Positions 7,474 to 16,575 of a DNA stretch of 39,865 nt are shown in pieces. The position numbers and the translations under genes are program-made. Under the pieces are notes generated by a model. The model did no database searches. It was not told the origin of the DNA and saw only the letters and a program-made list of their open reading frames with translations. Source of the DNA: a bacterium (GTDB lineage Bacteria; Patescibacteriota; Patescibacteriia; CAZCGY01); assembly GCA_043807225.1 (NCBI GenBank), contig JAZDGG010000060.1:1-39865 (forward strand), read 5' to 3'. How positions within the stretch are numbered: position 1 is the first letter of the stretch; the number at the start of each line of letters is the position of its first letter.

Positions 7474-10215
7474 TCACATCTTCTGCGCGGAGAGCCGTCG
7501 ATGCTCTTCCGTTTCGATCATCCCGCACTTCTTGTACTTCTTGCCGGATCCACAGGGGCAAGGATCATTCCTCCCGATGATTTTTCCTTCAGCGTCCTTT
7601 GGTTTTCGGGATGATTGGACTGGTGCGGCTGATGACGACGTCCCGGACGACTGTGGTGCCTGGGTAAAGCTGGTGGTCGCTTCATGCGATTCAGAGAGCT
7701 GCCGTTGTTGCGGCGTCTGAGCTCTGGCGCCGTTCTGCTGCACCCCCGCGACCTTAAACAGCGTGTACACCACTTGGTTCTGAATGCCGCGGCTGAGCTG
7801 ATGAAAGAGCTCAAACGCCTCTTTGCGGTATTCGACGAGCGGATCACGCTGGCCGTACCCGCGGAGCCCGATGCCGCGACGGAGGTGGTCCATCTGATCG
7901 ATGTGCTCGACCCAAAGCGTATCGAGCCCGCGCAGCATGACCGCGCGTTCAATTGCCCCGAGCATCTCCGGGTCACCGATGCGTTGTTCGAAAGCATCAT
8001 ACGTGCCCTTTTCCAGCTTCATCAAATGATTGATGATCGCGTCGCGCGCTTGTACGTCTTGGAGCTTGTCCCCCGCCTTTTCGCGCAGGTCTTCGAGCTT
8101 CAAGCGGTTCGCGAGATCGATCGGGAACATCGTTCCGACGACTTCATAAATCTCGTTAACGTCCCACGCTCCCTCGGCATCGGCGCTCGTATGAAAAGAC
8201 ACCACCTGTTCGATTTCCTGCTCAAACAGTTCTTCGATCATCGTCCGCAATCGCTTTTTCTCGTCATACGTATGCAAAATCTGTTTTCGTCGTTTATAGA
8301 TAACCTCACGGTGTTTATTAATGACATCATCGTACTCGACGAGATGTTTTCGGATGTCGAAGTTATGGCCTTCGACGCGCTTTTGCGCCGATTCGATCGC
8401 CCGAGAAACCATACTGTTTTCAATCGGAAGGTCTTCGGGCAACCCCATACGCTCCATCACGGACTTCATCCGTGTCGAAGAGAAGATGCGCATGAGATCA
8501 TCATCGAGCGAAACGTAAAACTGCGACATGCCCGGATCCCCCTGACGACCCGAGCGCCCACGAAGCTGATTGTCGATTCTCCGCGCCTCATGACGTTCGG
8601 TGCCGAGGACGAACAAGCCGCCGAGCTTTTTGACCTTCTCTGCCGCTTCTCCATCGAAGGGCTTTCCGCCGAGGATGATGTCGACCCCTCGGCCAGCGAT
8701 ATTCGTTGCGAGCGTGACCGCACCCTTTCTGCCGGCTTGTGAAATAATTTGCGCTTCTCGTTCGTGGTTTTTAGCGTTGAGCACTTCATGCGGCACACGC
8801 GCTTCGTGCAATAGCTGCGAGAGCACCTCGTTCTTTTCGATGGAGATCGTGCCAAGAAGGACGGGCTGGCCCTTTCGATGCAGATCCTTCACATGGGAGA
8901 CGATCGCGTGGTATTTTGCGCGCTCGTTGACATAGACGCGATCGGCAAGATCTTTTCGCACCATCGGCCGGTTCGTCGGGATGATCGCGACATCAAGGTT
9001 GTAGATTTTTGCAAACTCTTCGCCTTCCGTCGCCGCGGTGCCGGTCATGCCGGAGAGTTTTGTATACATGCGGAAGTAATTCTGAAAGGTGATGGTCGCC
9101 ATCGTCATGCTCTCTTCTTGAATTTTTACGTTCTCTTTCGCCTCAATCGCTTGATGGAGACCTTCAGAAAAACGCCGCCCGAACATCAACCGTCCGGTAA
9201 ATTCATCGACAATGATCACTTCGCCCTCTTTGACCACGTAGTCCTTGTCGCGATGGAACAACGTACGCGCCTTCAATGCCTGCTCGAGATGATGGACGGT
9301 TTCAATCCCGCGCTCCTCATAGATGTTCCCGACGCCGAGGGCTTTCTCCATCCGCTCAATGCCTTGCTCGGTAAGCGTCGCCGCACGCATTTTCTCGTCG
9401 ACATTGTAATCAACGTTCTCCTGAAGCTGAGAGACTAGTTGCGCAAACTGATAGTACTGTTCCGCCGGTTGCTCCGCGGGGGCAGAGATGATCAGCGGCG
9501 TCCGCGCCTCGTCGATGAGGATGGAGTCAATTTCATCGACAATGCCAAAGTGCTGTCCGCGCTGGACGCGTTCGGCAAGCTCCATCACCATGTTGTCGCG
9601 GAGGTAATCAAAGCCAAACTCATTGTTCGTGCCGTAGGTGATATCCGCGGCGTAGGCTTCTCTTCTACTAACCGGACGGAGGTGCTTTTCGATATCCTCC
9701 GGATCGGCTTGCGGGTCCGGATCATAGAGAAACGCTGCATCATGCTGGATGCAACCGACCGAAAGCCCGAGAAGATGGTGGATTCTCCCCATCCAGACGG
9801 TATCGCGTTTCGCAAGGTAGTCGTTGACGGTCACCACATGAACGCCCTTTCCGCGCAACGCATTGACAAAGCATGGCAGCGTCGCAACGAGCGTCTTCCC
9901 TTCCCCAGTCCGCATTTCTGCGATTTTCCCCTGGTGGATGACGATGCCGCCGAGCAGCTGGACGTCAAAATGGCGCTGCTTGAGCGTCCGTTTCGCCGCC
10001 TCGCGTACCATTGCGAACGCTGCGGGGAGAATGTCGTCCTCGGTGGTATTCTTCGATTGGAGCTCATGCCGAAAACGCTTCGTTTCTTCACGAAGTCGTG
10101 CGTCGCTCATCCCTTCGTAGTGTTTCTCAAGCCCGTTGATTTTTTCAATCAACGGTTGGAGCTGCTTGAGCGCGCGAGCGTTTGCGTCACCAAAAATACG
10201 TGTCAACCAAGACAT
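7474..10215 (-). CDS. secA: Preprotein translocase ATPase SecA
   Basis: MRTGEGKT Walker A, VTVNDYLA, DEIDSILIDEARTPLIIS, NIAGRGVDI, QLRGRSGRQGDPG, C-terminal GRNDPCPCGSGKKYKKC. Confidence 0.99.
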   Translation of the reverse strand: MSWLTRIFGDANARALKQLQPLIEKINGLEKHYEGMSDARLREETKRFRHELQSKNTTEDDILPAAFAMVREAAKRTLKQRHFDVQLLGGIVIHQGKIAEMRTGEGKTLVATLPCFVNALRGKGVHVVTVNDYLAKRDTVWMGRIHHLLGLSVGCIQHDAAFLYDPDPQADPEDIEKHLRPVSRREAYAADITYGTNNEFGFDYLRDNMVMELAERVQRGQHFGIVDEIDSILIDEARTPLIISAPAEQPAEQYYQFAQLVSQLQENVDYNVDEKMRAATLTEQGIERMEKALGVGNIYEERGIETVHHLEQALKARTLFHRDKDYVVKEGEVIIVDEFTGRLMFGRRFSEGLHQAIEAKENVKIQEESMTMATITFQNYFRMYTKLSGMTGTAATEGEEFAKIYNLDVAIIPTNRPMVRKDLADRVYVNERAKYHAIVSHVKDLHRKGQPVLLGTISIEKNEVLSQLLHEARVPHEVLNAKNHEREAQIISQAGRKGAVTLATNIAGRGVDIILGGKPFDGEAAEKVKKLGGLFVLGTERHEARRIDNQLRGRSGRQGDPGMSQFYVSLDDDLMRIFSSTRMKSVMERMGLPEDLPIENSMVSRAIESAQKRVEGHNFDIRKHLVEYDDVINKHREVIYKRRKQILHTYDEKKRLRTMIEELFEQEIEQVVSFHTSADAEGAWDVNEIYEVVGTMFPIDLANRLKLEDLREKAGDKLQDVQARDAIINHLMKLEKGTYDAFEQRIGDPEMLGAIERAVMLRGLDTLWVEHIDQMDHLRRGIGLRGYGQRDPLVEYRKEAFELFHQLSRGIQNQVVYTLFKVAGVQQNGARAQTPQQRQLSESHEATTSFTQAPQSSGTSSSAAPVQSSRKPKDAEGKIIGRNDPCPCGSGKKYKKCGMIETEEHRRLSAQKM

Positions 10216-10242
10216 AACCAGAAGAAAAATTCACGATGGTTG

Positions 10243-10251
10243 ATTCTACCA
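10243..10251 (-). promoter_or_regulatory. Extended -10 element (TGgTAGAAT) upstream of secA
   Basis: Minus strand aataTGgTAGAAT in the 50-bp hpf-secA gap. Confidence 0.5.
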
Positions 10252-10265
10252 TATTGCTCGTCCCA

Positions 10266-10589
10266 TCACAAGCTGAGGGGTTTTCGTCGCCGAGGATTCT
10301 TTTTCTCCTTCCCCTTTATCAGCTGCCGTTCAAGTTTTTCTGCGACGAGATCAATCGCACGACGCATGTCCCTGGCTCGTACAACGGCAAAGACATCGTT
10401 ACCAGGAATCTTAACTATTGCGTCCGCAAGAAATATTTCTCCCTTTTTGTGGTGTTGTTCTACCGTCAGGACGACTGCGGCACCGATGAGGTCAGAACGG
10501 TGCCGCATCAACTTCTCGATACGATCATTGACATGATCACGAATGGTCGGTGTGAGCGTAAAATCTTTTGCACTGATTGATATTTCCAT
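10266..10589 (-). CDS. hpf: Ribosome hibernation factor (RaiA/HPF, short form)
   Basis: MEISISAKDFTLTPTIRDHVNDRIEKL...HHKKG...DMRRAIDLVAEKLERQL. Start moved to the ATG at 10589 because the longer ORF overlaps murB. Confidence 0.9.
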   Translation of the reverse strand: MEISISAKDFTLTPTIRDHVNDRIEKLMRHRSDLIGAAVVLTVEQHHKKGEIFLADAIVKIPGNDVFAVVRARDMRRAIDLVAEKLERQLIKGKEKKNPRRRKPLSL

Positions 10590-10635
10590 AGGGTTGTTGT
10601 TACGTATCGTATGAATGGTGCTTCTGCGTCTCTCC

Positions 10636-11589
10636 TTAAAATCCAAGCATGATGATTTCTTGCTTCAGTTGTACTCCGCCAAATTCCGTTCGCACTTTCT
10701 GTTTGATGATGCTGCAGAGCATACAGACGTGCTCGGCCGTCGCGCGCCCGCAGTTCTCAAGAAAATTTGCGTGCAGTGGGGAAACCCGCACATCGCCAAT
10801 GCGAAAACCTTTCAACCCGCAAGAATCGATGAGTGCTCCGGCACCGAGCTTTCCGTCTCGCGTCGCATGCTCCAAACCGTGTCGTTCAAGCACTCCTCGT
10901 TCAACGTCATTGATTTCCACATTGCAAAAGGTCGATCCGAGGGTCGGTCTCCCCCATGGTTGGTGTTCCCGCCGAAACTGCATATGCTTTTTCTGCTGTT
11001 CGCGGATACTCCGCTGATTACCCTTTTCAAGTCGAAGACGCACCGAGAGGATGATTTCTCCATTTTCTTGAAAAATGCTCGTTCGATACCCGAATCCGCA
11101 TTCTTCGCTCCCGCGCGTGTGCACGGTCCCTCTGTGATCAACGGAGGTCACCTCCTCAATACACTCCCGAAATTCCTTTCCGAAACACCCTGCATTCATC
11201 GTGGTCGCTCCGCCGATCGTCCCAGGAATGCCAAGAGAGAACTCTAAACCGGAGAGCGACGCTTCTGCGGCTTTCAACGCGAGCCGGTTGACACGGTATC
11301 CCGCTCCGACCGTGACGGACGTTTCTTGAAACACCGCATCATCATGAACGGCTCTCACGACCAAACCAGGAATTCCGTTGTCAGAGATCAACACCTTCGA
11401 AAATCCTCCGAGAACGGTCACGGGCAGGCCGTCCTCTCCTGCAGCCAAAATCGCATTCTGCAATTCCTCAACCGACGTTGCGGTAAAGAAGTACTCCGCT
11501 GGACCGCCGATCCGGATCCAGGAGTACGGGGCAAGCGGGACGTTGCGCAGGACCCCTGCAAGGGAGAGTGTGTTTTTAGGATGAGACAT
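10636..11589 (-). CDS. murB: UDP-N-acetylenolpyruvoylglucosamine reductase
   Basis: RIGGPAEYF, SGLEFSLGIPGTIGGATTMNAG, FGYRTS, QP...LGSTF, HANF. Confidence 0.95.
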   Translation of the reverse strand: MSHPKNTLSLAGVLRNVPLAPYSWIRIGGPAEYFFTATSVEELQNAILAAGEDGLPVTVLGGFSKVLISDNGIPGLVVRAVHDDAVFQETSVTVGAGYRVNRLALKAAEASLSGLEFSLGIPGTIGGATTMNAGCFGKEFRECIEEVTSVDHRGTVHTRGSEECGFGYRTSIFQENGEIILSVRLRLEKGNQRSIREQQKKHMQFRREHQPWGRPTLGSTFCNVEINDVERGVLERHGLEHATRDGKLGAGALIDSCGLKGFRIGDVRVSPLHANFLENCGRATAEHVCMLCSIIKQKVRTEFGGVQLKQEIIMLGF

Positions 11590-12955
11590 TTTTTTTCACG
11601 TCAAGCGCTTCGCCGAGCTTCCATGCATCACCTGCGCCGAGCAGGAGAAGGAGATCATTTTCACGAAGTTCTTTCTGTACAAACGCGGCTGCCTCGTCCA
11701 GCGTTGGTTGAACGACCGCGTTGTGCGGTGGGTGCATTGCGCTGAGGATATCCGAACTAGAAACCGTTCCACGTTTCTCCCGCGCCGATCCGTACACTTC
11801 GAGCAGGATGATGAGATCAGCCCTGAGAACTTGCGCAAAATCCGGCAAGAGCGCTTGCGTACGCGAGTACGTATGCGGCTGAAAGACAACCACGAGCCGC
11901 CGCTGCGGAAAACACTCCCGCGCGGCCGCGATGGCCGCAGAGATCTCCGAAGGATGGTGCGCATAGTCGTCAAAGACGAGAGCCCCGCGCGTTGATCCAA
12001 GGAATTCAAACCGCCGTTTGATTCCCGCAAAGCCCTCGAGCGCTTTACGGATCGATGTGGTGCGGACGTCGAGCTCCCGGCACAGTGCAACTGCGGCGCA
12101 CGCGTTAAGTGCGTTGTGCCTGCCGGGCATCTGGAGTGTGAATGTCTCCTCATGTCCCCGATGACGGATCAGGAATACTTCCCGGTTGCCGCGCCAGACG
12201 CTGCTGCAGAGCCGAACGTCCGCATCCTCTTTTGTACCGAAACGCACCGACGTTTGCCCGCTGCGCCCGAGGATCTGCTCGGTGTTCTGGTCGTCAGCGT
12301 TGGTCACCAAGATGCCCCGAGGCGGAATCCTTTCGAGAAAACGCTCAAACGCGGCCACGTAGCTTTCCGCAGACGGGAAAAAATCCGGATGGTCGTATTC
12401 GATGCTCGTTATCAGGCAATGCCTGGGAGCATAGTGGGTGAACTTATTTTGATACTCATCCGTCTCGACAACGAGGAGGGGGCCAGATCCAATTCTCGCG
12501 TTCCCATGAAACTGCGGGACGTTCGACCCGACGATCACCGTTGGGTCACGCCCGTCCGCAGCCAAAATCGCGCCGCACAGAGCGGTCGTCCTCGTCTTTC
12601 CGTGCGTTCCTGCAATCGAAATACCCTCTGACGCACGCAAAAGACTTCCAAGAACTTCCGGGTAGGTAAAGAGCGGGATGCGCCTTCTGATCGCCTCGGC
12701 AAGCTCCGGGTGATCCGTCGTGTACGCCGTGGAGTAGACAACCGCGTCGACCTGCTTGGGAACGTTCTCTGCCGTGAATCCTTGAAGCACAGGAATGCCG
12801 CTTTCTCGCAGAACCGCATCGGTAAAAAACACGTCCGCCACGTCCGATCCGCTGACGTCCTTTCCCCTGGCGCGGAGTACCTGCGCAAGTGACGTCATGC
12901 CGACACCTTTGATCCCGACGATATACATTGACTGCGCATCACGAAGAAGATCCAT
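11576..12955 (-). CDS. murC: UDP-N-acetylmuramate--L-alanine ligase
   Basis: GIKGVGMTSLA, VSGSD, AGTHGKT, VETDEY, EYDHPDFF, HNALNA, RRFE, DDYAHHPSEI, FQPHTYSRT, GAGD. Start placed at the ATG at 12955. Confidence 0.95.
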   Translation of the reverse strand: MDLLRDAQSMYIVGIKGVGMTSLAQVLRARGKDVSGSDVADVFFTDAVLRESGIPVLQGFTAENVPKQVDAVVYSTAYTTDHPELAEAIRRRIPLFTYPEVLGSLLRASEGISIAGTHGKTRTTALCGAILAADGRDPTVIVGSNVPQFHGNARIGSGPLLVVETDEYQNKFTHYAPRHCLITSIEYDHPDFFPSAESYVAAFERFLERIPPRGILVTNADDQNTEQILGRSGQTSVRFGTKEDADVRLCSSVWRGNREVFLIRHRGHEETFTLQMPGRHNALNACAAVALCRELDVRTTSIRKALEGFAGIKRRFEFLGSTRGALVFDDYAHHPSEISAAIAAARECFPQRRLVVVFQPHTYSRTQALLPDFAQVLRADLIILLEVYGSAREKRGTVSSSDILSAMHPPHNAVVQPTLDEAAAFVQKELRENDLLLLLGAGDAWKLGEALDVKKNVSS

Positions 12956-14027
12956 GGCGTTGGAGAATACTGATGACCTCATCAGCAACCCGCTGCGTTG
13001 CGTTGGGCTGACTGCAGGCATGCATCTTCTGGCCGAGAATGGCCCGTTGCTGCGGATGCTGTATGAGGTTGTGGATCGTTGCAACGAAATCGTCGTGCGC
13101 GAGTGTTGCTTGGTCCAAGACAATCGCCGCACGGTGATCCTGAAAGTAGCGCGCGTTCGCTTCTTGGTGCGTTTTCGGCATTGGAATAATCACGCAGCAT
13201 TTCGCGGTAGCGGCGAGTTCCGACAGGGTGGAAAACCCTGCGCGCGTCACAACGACATCCGCAAGTGCAAGAACGTCGGCAAGATCGCGTTCGAGAAACG
13301 GCAACCGACGGTACCGAGCATGCTCGGGAACCTGGAGAACGTTCGACCGTCCGGCCACATGCACAATCTGGCAAAACCCGACAAGACGCTGGTAGGTTGC
13401 AGCCAGCAGCTCCGCAAAAAACCGAGCGCCGCTGGACCCTCCGAGGACCAAAAGGACGGGGAGCGCGTCGGCGATGGAGAGTGTGTGTCGCGCACGATTC
13501 GCGTCCCCCGTCACCATGCTGCTTCGCACGGGATTGCCGGTGACGCGCGTGGCACGGCTCTGAGAAATTTTTTTGAGCGTCAGTTCATTCGTGACCGTGA
13601 TCATCGACGCCGTCCACGACATGAGCTTATTCGCAAATCCCAGCTCAACATCCTGCTGGTGAATCAGCACCGGCAAGCGATACACTGCCGCTGCCCACGC
13701 GATGGGAACCGAGAGAAAGCTCCCCGCACTGACGATGATATCAGGATGGAATCGTCTCAGCAGGACGAGTGCCCGAAAAAAAGCCAAGACCACAACCGCA
13801 AGATCGACGACATTGCGAAGGTCGACGTACCGCCGCCATTTTCCTGCCGGAAACGGTTCAGCAGAATACCCCGCTTCTTCTACAAACGCTTTTTCAGAAG
13901 GAGTATTGGTGACGCAAAAATGCATCACCGTCTGTGGATCTCGCCGTCGAATTTCATCAGCAACAGCAAGGAGCGGGGAAAGCGTCCCACGGGTACCTCC
14001 GCCGGTCATGAGGAGTCGGTACGGCAT
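12939..14027 (-). CDS. murG: Lipid I GlcNAc transferase MurG
   Basis: TGGGT.G, GKWRRY, HQQD, TGNPVR, LGGSSGA, TRAGFSTLSEL, HQEANA; position within the dcw cluster. Confidence 0.92.
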   Translation of the reverse strand: MPYRLLMTGGGTRGTLSPLLAVADEIRRRDPQTVMHFCVTNTPSEKAFVEEAGYSAEPFPAGKWRRYVDLRNVVDLAVVVLAFFRALVLLRRFHPDIIVSAGSFLSVPIAWAAAVYRLPVLIHQQDVELGFANKLMSWTASMITVTNELTLKKISQSRATRVTGNPVRSSMVTGDANRARHTLSIADALPVLLVLGGSSGARFFAELLAATYQRLVGFCQIVHVAGRSNVLQVPEHARYRRLPFLERDLADVLALADVVVTRAGFSTLSELAATAKCCVIIPMPKTHQEANARYFQDHRAAIVLDQATLAHDDFVATIHNLIQHPQQRAILGQKMHACSQPNATQRVADEVISILQRHGSSS

Positions 14028-15131
14028 CTACGTTGTTGTTTGCCGAGAGATGTTCAACAGAAGGCCGACGCCTGCCATCGTCACCACGAGCGAGGATCCT
14101 CCTGAACTGATGAACGGAAGGGTGATGCCGGTCAGCGGAAGGATGCCAGACAGTGCCCCGATATTGATCAGTGCCTGCAGGACGATCCAGAGGGTGACCC
14201 CTGCGGCAATGTAAATGCCAAACGGGTCAGGCGCCTTTCTCGCAGTTGCAAGACCACGCCGCAAGAGGAGGACGAAAACGGCCAGCAGCGCGCACACCAG
14301 GATAAATCCGAGCTCCTCGGCAATCACCGCAAAAATGGAGTCGCCGGTGACCTCCGGCAGAAAGCTGAATTTTTGGCTTGACCCACCGAGACCAACGCCG
14401 AAGAGCCCGCCTGACCCGATCGCAAGCAGCGCTTGGTTGATATGGTAGCCAATCCCCTGCGGATCGAGCTCGGGGTTCAAAAAGACGGTGATGCGCTGCG
14501 CACGGTACGGCGCAATCGTGATCAAGAGCGCGAGGGCAAGACACCCGCCGACAATGATCGTGGCGATATGCTTCCATGGTGCTCCTGCGACAAAGTAGAC
14601 GAGGACGCTCACGAGCGCGATGACCGACACCGTCCCAAGGTCCGGCTGCTTCATCACCAGCGCAACGATGATACCAAGCATAAAAAGGAATGGGAGTAAT
14701 CCATACGTAAAATCGTGCATGCCTTTCCCGCGCTTTTCAAGCCAGAATGCGAGGTAGAGAAGAAAAGTGAGCTTGACGATTTCTGACGGCTGGATGAGAT
14801 ACGATCCAATGTGAATCCAGCGTTGCGCTCCACCGGCGGCAAAGCCGATTCCAGGCAGAAACACCGCGATGAGAAGTGCAATTGAGATGAGGAGGATCGG
14901 AAAAGCGAACCGCCGCCAGACGTGGTAGTCAATCGTTGCCATTATCAGCAGTGCAAACAGGCCGACGAGAAGACTCACAAGCTGCTGCTTGAGAAAATAA
15001 TCGGTCTGACCGAACTTTTCATACCCGATGACCGCGCCAGCGCTTGAGAGCATAATCAGCCCAAAGGCGATGAGGAGGAACGAAAGGCCGAGAAGCCAGT
15101 AATCGGGTTCATGAGAGCGAATGCGCGCCAT
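14028..15131 (-). CDS. ftsW: SEDS peptidoglycan polymerase FtsW
   Basis: GAQRWI, QPSEIVK, QPDLGT, GYHINQALLAIGSGG, LPE..DSIFAVIAEELG, GITLPFISSGGSS. Start placed at the ATG at 15131. Confidence 0.95.
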   Translation of the reverse strand: MARIRSHEPDYWLLGLSFLLIAFGLIMLSSAGAVIGYEKFGQTDYFLKQQLVSLLVGLFALLIMATIDYHVWRRFAFPILLISIALLIAVFLPGIGFAAGGAQRWIHIGSYLIQPSEIVKLTFLLYLAFWLEKRGKGMHDFTYGLLPFLFMLGIIVALVMKQPDLGTVSVIALVSVLVYFVAGAPWKHIATIIVGGCLALALLITIAPYRAQRITVFLNPELDPQGIGYHINQALLAIGSGGLFGVGLGGSSQKFSFLPEVTGDSIFAVIAEELGFILVCALLAVFVLLLRRGLATARKAPDPFGIYIAAGVTLWIVLQALINIGALSGILPLTGITLPFISSGGSSLVVTMAGVGLLLNISRQTTT

Positions 15132-15141
15132 GAGTGGATGG

Positions 15142-16536
15142 TTATCGTAATCGACGGACTTCTTTCTCAAACTGCTCGCCGCGGTCAAACTCATGCAGAA
15201 AAAGTCCAAAGCTCGCTGCGCCAGGCGAGAGAAGCACCGTCGTTCCCGGTCGCGCATTGCGAGCGGCAATTCTGACCGCCTCCCGCATTGAAGCCGCGAG
15301 GTGGAGCGGCCGGTGAAACGATCGCAGGAGCGTCTGGAGTTTTACCGTCGCGGTTCCGGGCAGGAGGATGAGCGACTGCACCGACGAACGGATGGCTTGA
15401 GCCATCTCTCGGTACGGAAGGTTCTTATCAGTGCCACCGGCAATGAGAATAACGGGCTTGCTCACGGTCGCAAGAGCGGCGATGGACGCTGCGGGAGCGG
15501 TCGCCGTCGTGTCGTTCATGTAACGAACCCCGCGGAGGCTGCGGATAATCTCGAGCCGGCCGGGAACGCCAGCAAACGTGCGGAGGCTCTCTCTGATCTG
15601 CCGTGCTTTCATCCCGCAGACTTTTGCCGCAGTGATCGCCGCGAGAGTGTTCATGACATTGTGCTCACCCAGAAGCCGTGAATCAGAGAATGAAGCAACA
15701 AAAGATACTTTTCCATTCTCGCGAAAATAGTATTTTCCTCCTCTCACGAACGCGCCGTTCTCCTCGGGAAAATACCTTCGCGAAAACCAGTACCGTCGTC
15801 CGTGGACCCCCTTCCCGCGGGTGCGCAGCGGCGGGTTATCACGGTTGAGAATGACGCTCATCGTCGGGTCTTGGTATTTCCAAATTTCTTCTTTTGACGT
15901 GAAGTATGCCCGTCGTGAAATATACTGATTCAAGTGGTCGTCGAGTAGATTCGTCACCACCGCTATCTCCGGGCTCCGCCGGATCGAAGAAAGACCCTCG
16001 AGTTGCCACGAGGAGAGTTCAAGCACCACGGTCATCTTCGGCGTGAGACGATCAAGGATCCCGAGCATTGCCGTCGTCCTGATGTTCCCCGCCAGGGAGG
16101 TGGGGGTGCTCTTCTTCAAGAGATGCGCGATGAGCGAGCTTACGGTGCTCTTCCCTTTCGTTCCCGTGACGCCGATGATGCGGCAGGGGCACCGTGAGAA
16201 AAAGAGCGTTGCTTCATTGATCACCGCCACGCCTGCTCGCTGCGCGGTTGCGAGATACGGCGACGTTGAAGGAACCCCTGGATTTGCGACAATCACATCC
16301 GCAGATCGAAAATCCTCGTGCCGATGCCGACCGAGGATAAATGAGAGCCGGCGGGACGTAGGAAGTTTCGCAATGCTCTCTCTGAGGGCTGCGCGTTGCT
16401 GGAGGTCGGTGACCGTCACCCGAGCGCCATGGCGAAGCAGCCATGCTGTCGTCGCAGTGCCACCTCCGTGAAGCCCTAGACCCATCACGACGACGTGTTT
16501 CCCTCGAAGATTTTGGATCTGTTCAAACACAAACAT
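15142..16536 (-). CDS. murD: UDP-MurNAc-L-Ala--D-glutamate ligase
   Basis: GLGLHGGG, NPGV, GVTGTKGKST, ELSSWQL, DHLN, RLE, NDTTAT, LSPGAASF. Confidence 0.95.
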   Translation of the reverse strand: MFVFEQIQNLRGKHVVVMGLGLHGGGTATTAWLLRHGARVTVTDLQQRAALRESIAKLPTSRRLSFILGRHRHEDFRSADVIVANPGVPSTSPYLATAQRAGVAVINEATLFFSRCPCRIIGVTGTKGKSTVSSLIAHLLKKSTPTSLAGNIRTTAMLGILDRLTPKMTVVLELSSWQLEGLSSIRRSPEIAVVTNLLDDHLNQYISRRAYFTSKEEIWKYQDPTMSVILNRDNPPLRTRGKGVHGRRYWFSRRYFPEENGAFVRGGKYYFRENGKVSFVASFSDSRLLGEHNVMNTLAAITAAKVCGMKARQIRESLRTFAGVPGRLEIIRSLRGVRYMNDTTATAPAASIAALATVSKPVILIAGGTDKNLPYREMAQAIRSSVQSLILLPGTATVKLQTLLRSFHRPLHLAASMREAVRIAARNARPGTTVLLSPGAASFGLFLHEFDRGEQFEKEVRRLR

Positions 16537-16543
16537 CGTCGTT

Positions 16544-16552
16544 AGTATACCA
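16544..16552 (-). promoter_or_regulatory. Extended -10 element (TGgTATACT) 7 nt before the murD ATG; probable leaderless internal promoter
   Basis: Minus strand tgTGgTATACT aacgacg ATG, located in the mraY-murD gap. Confidence 0.6.
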
Positions 16553-16575
16553 CAACGACACCACCAAAAGACGAT

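Noticed and set aside
7684-10536. Long plus-strand ORFs (352, 186 and 365 aa)
   Set aside because: Antisense to secA/hpf with no motifs; typical shadow ORFs.
12956-13132. N-terminal extension of MurC in the ORF track (similar extensions for FtsW, HPF, PilN, GT-C and DUF362)
   Set aside because: The extensions overlap neighbouring genes and lack homology; downstream ATGs give normal lengths and coupling.
12795-14105. 436-aa plus-strand ORF
   Set aside because: Antisense to murG/murC; no recognisable domain.
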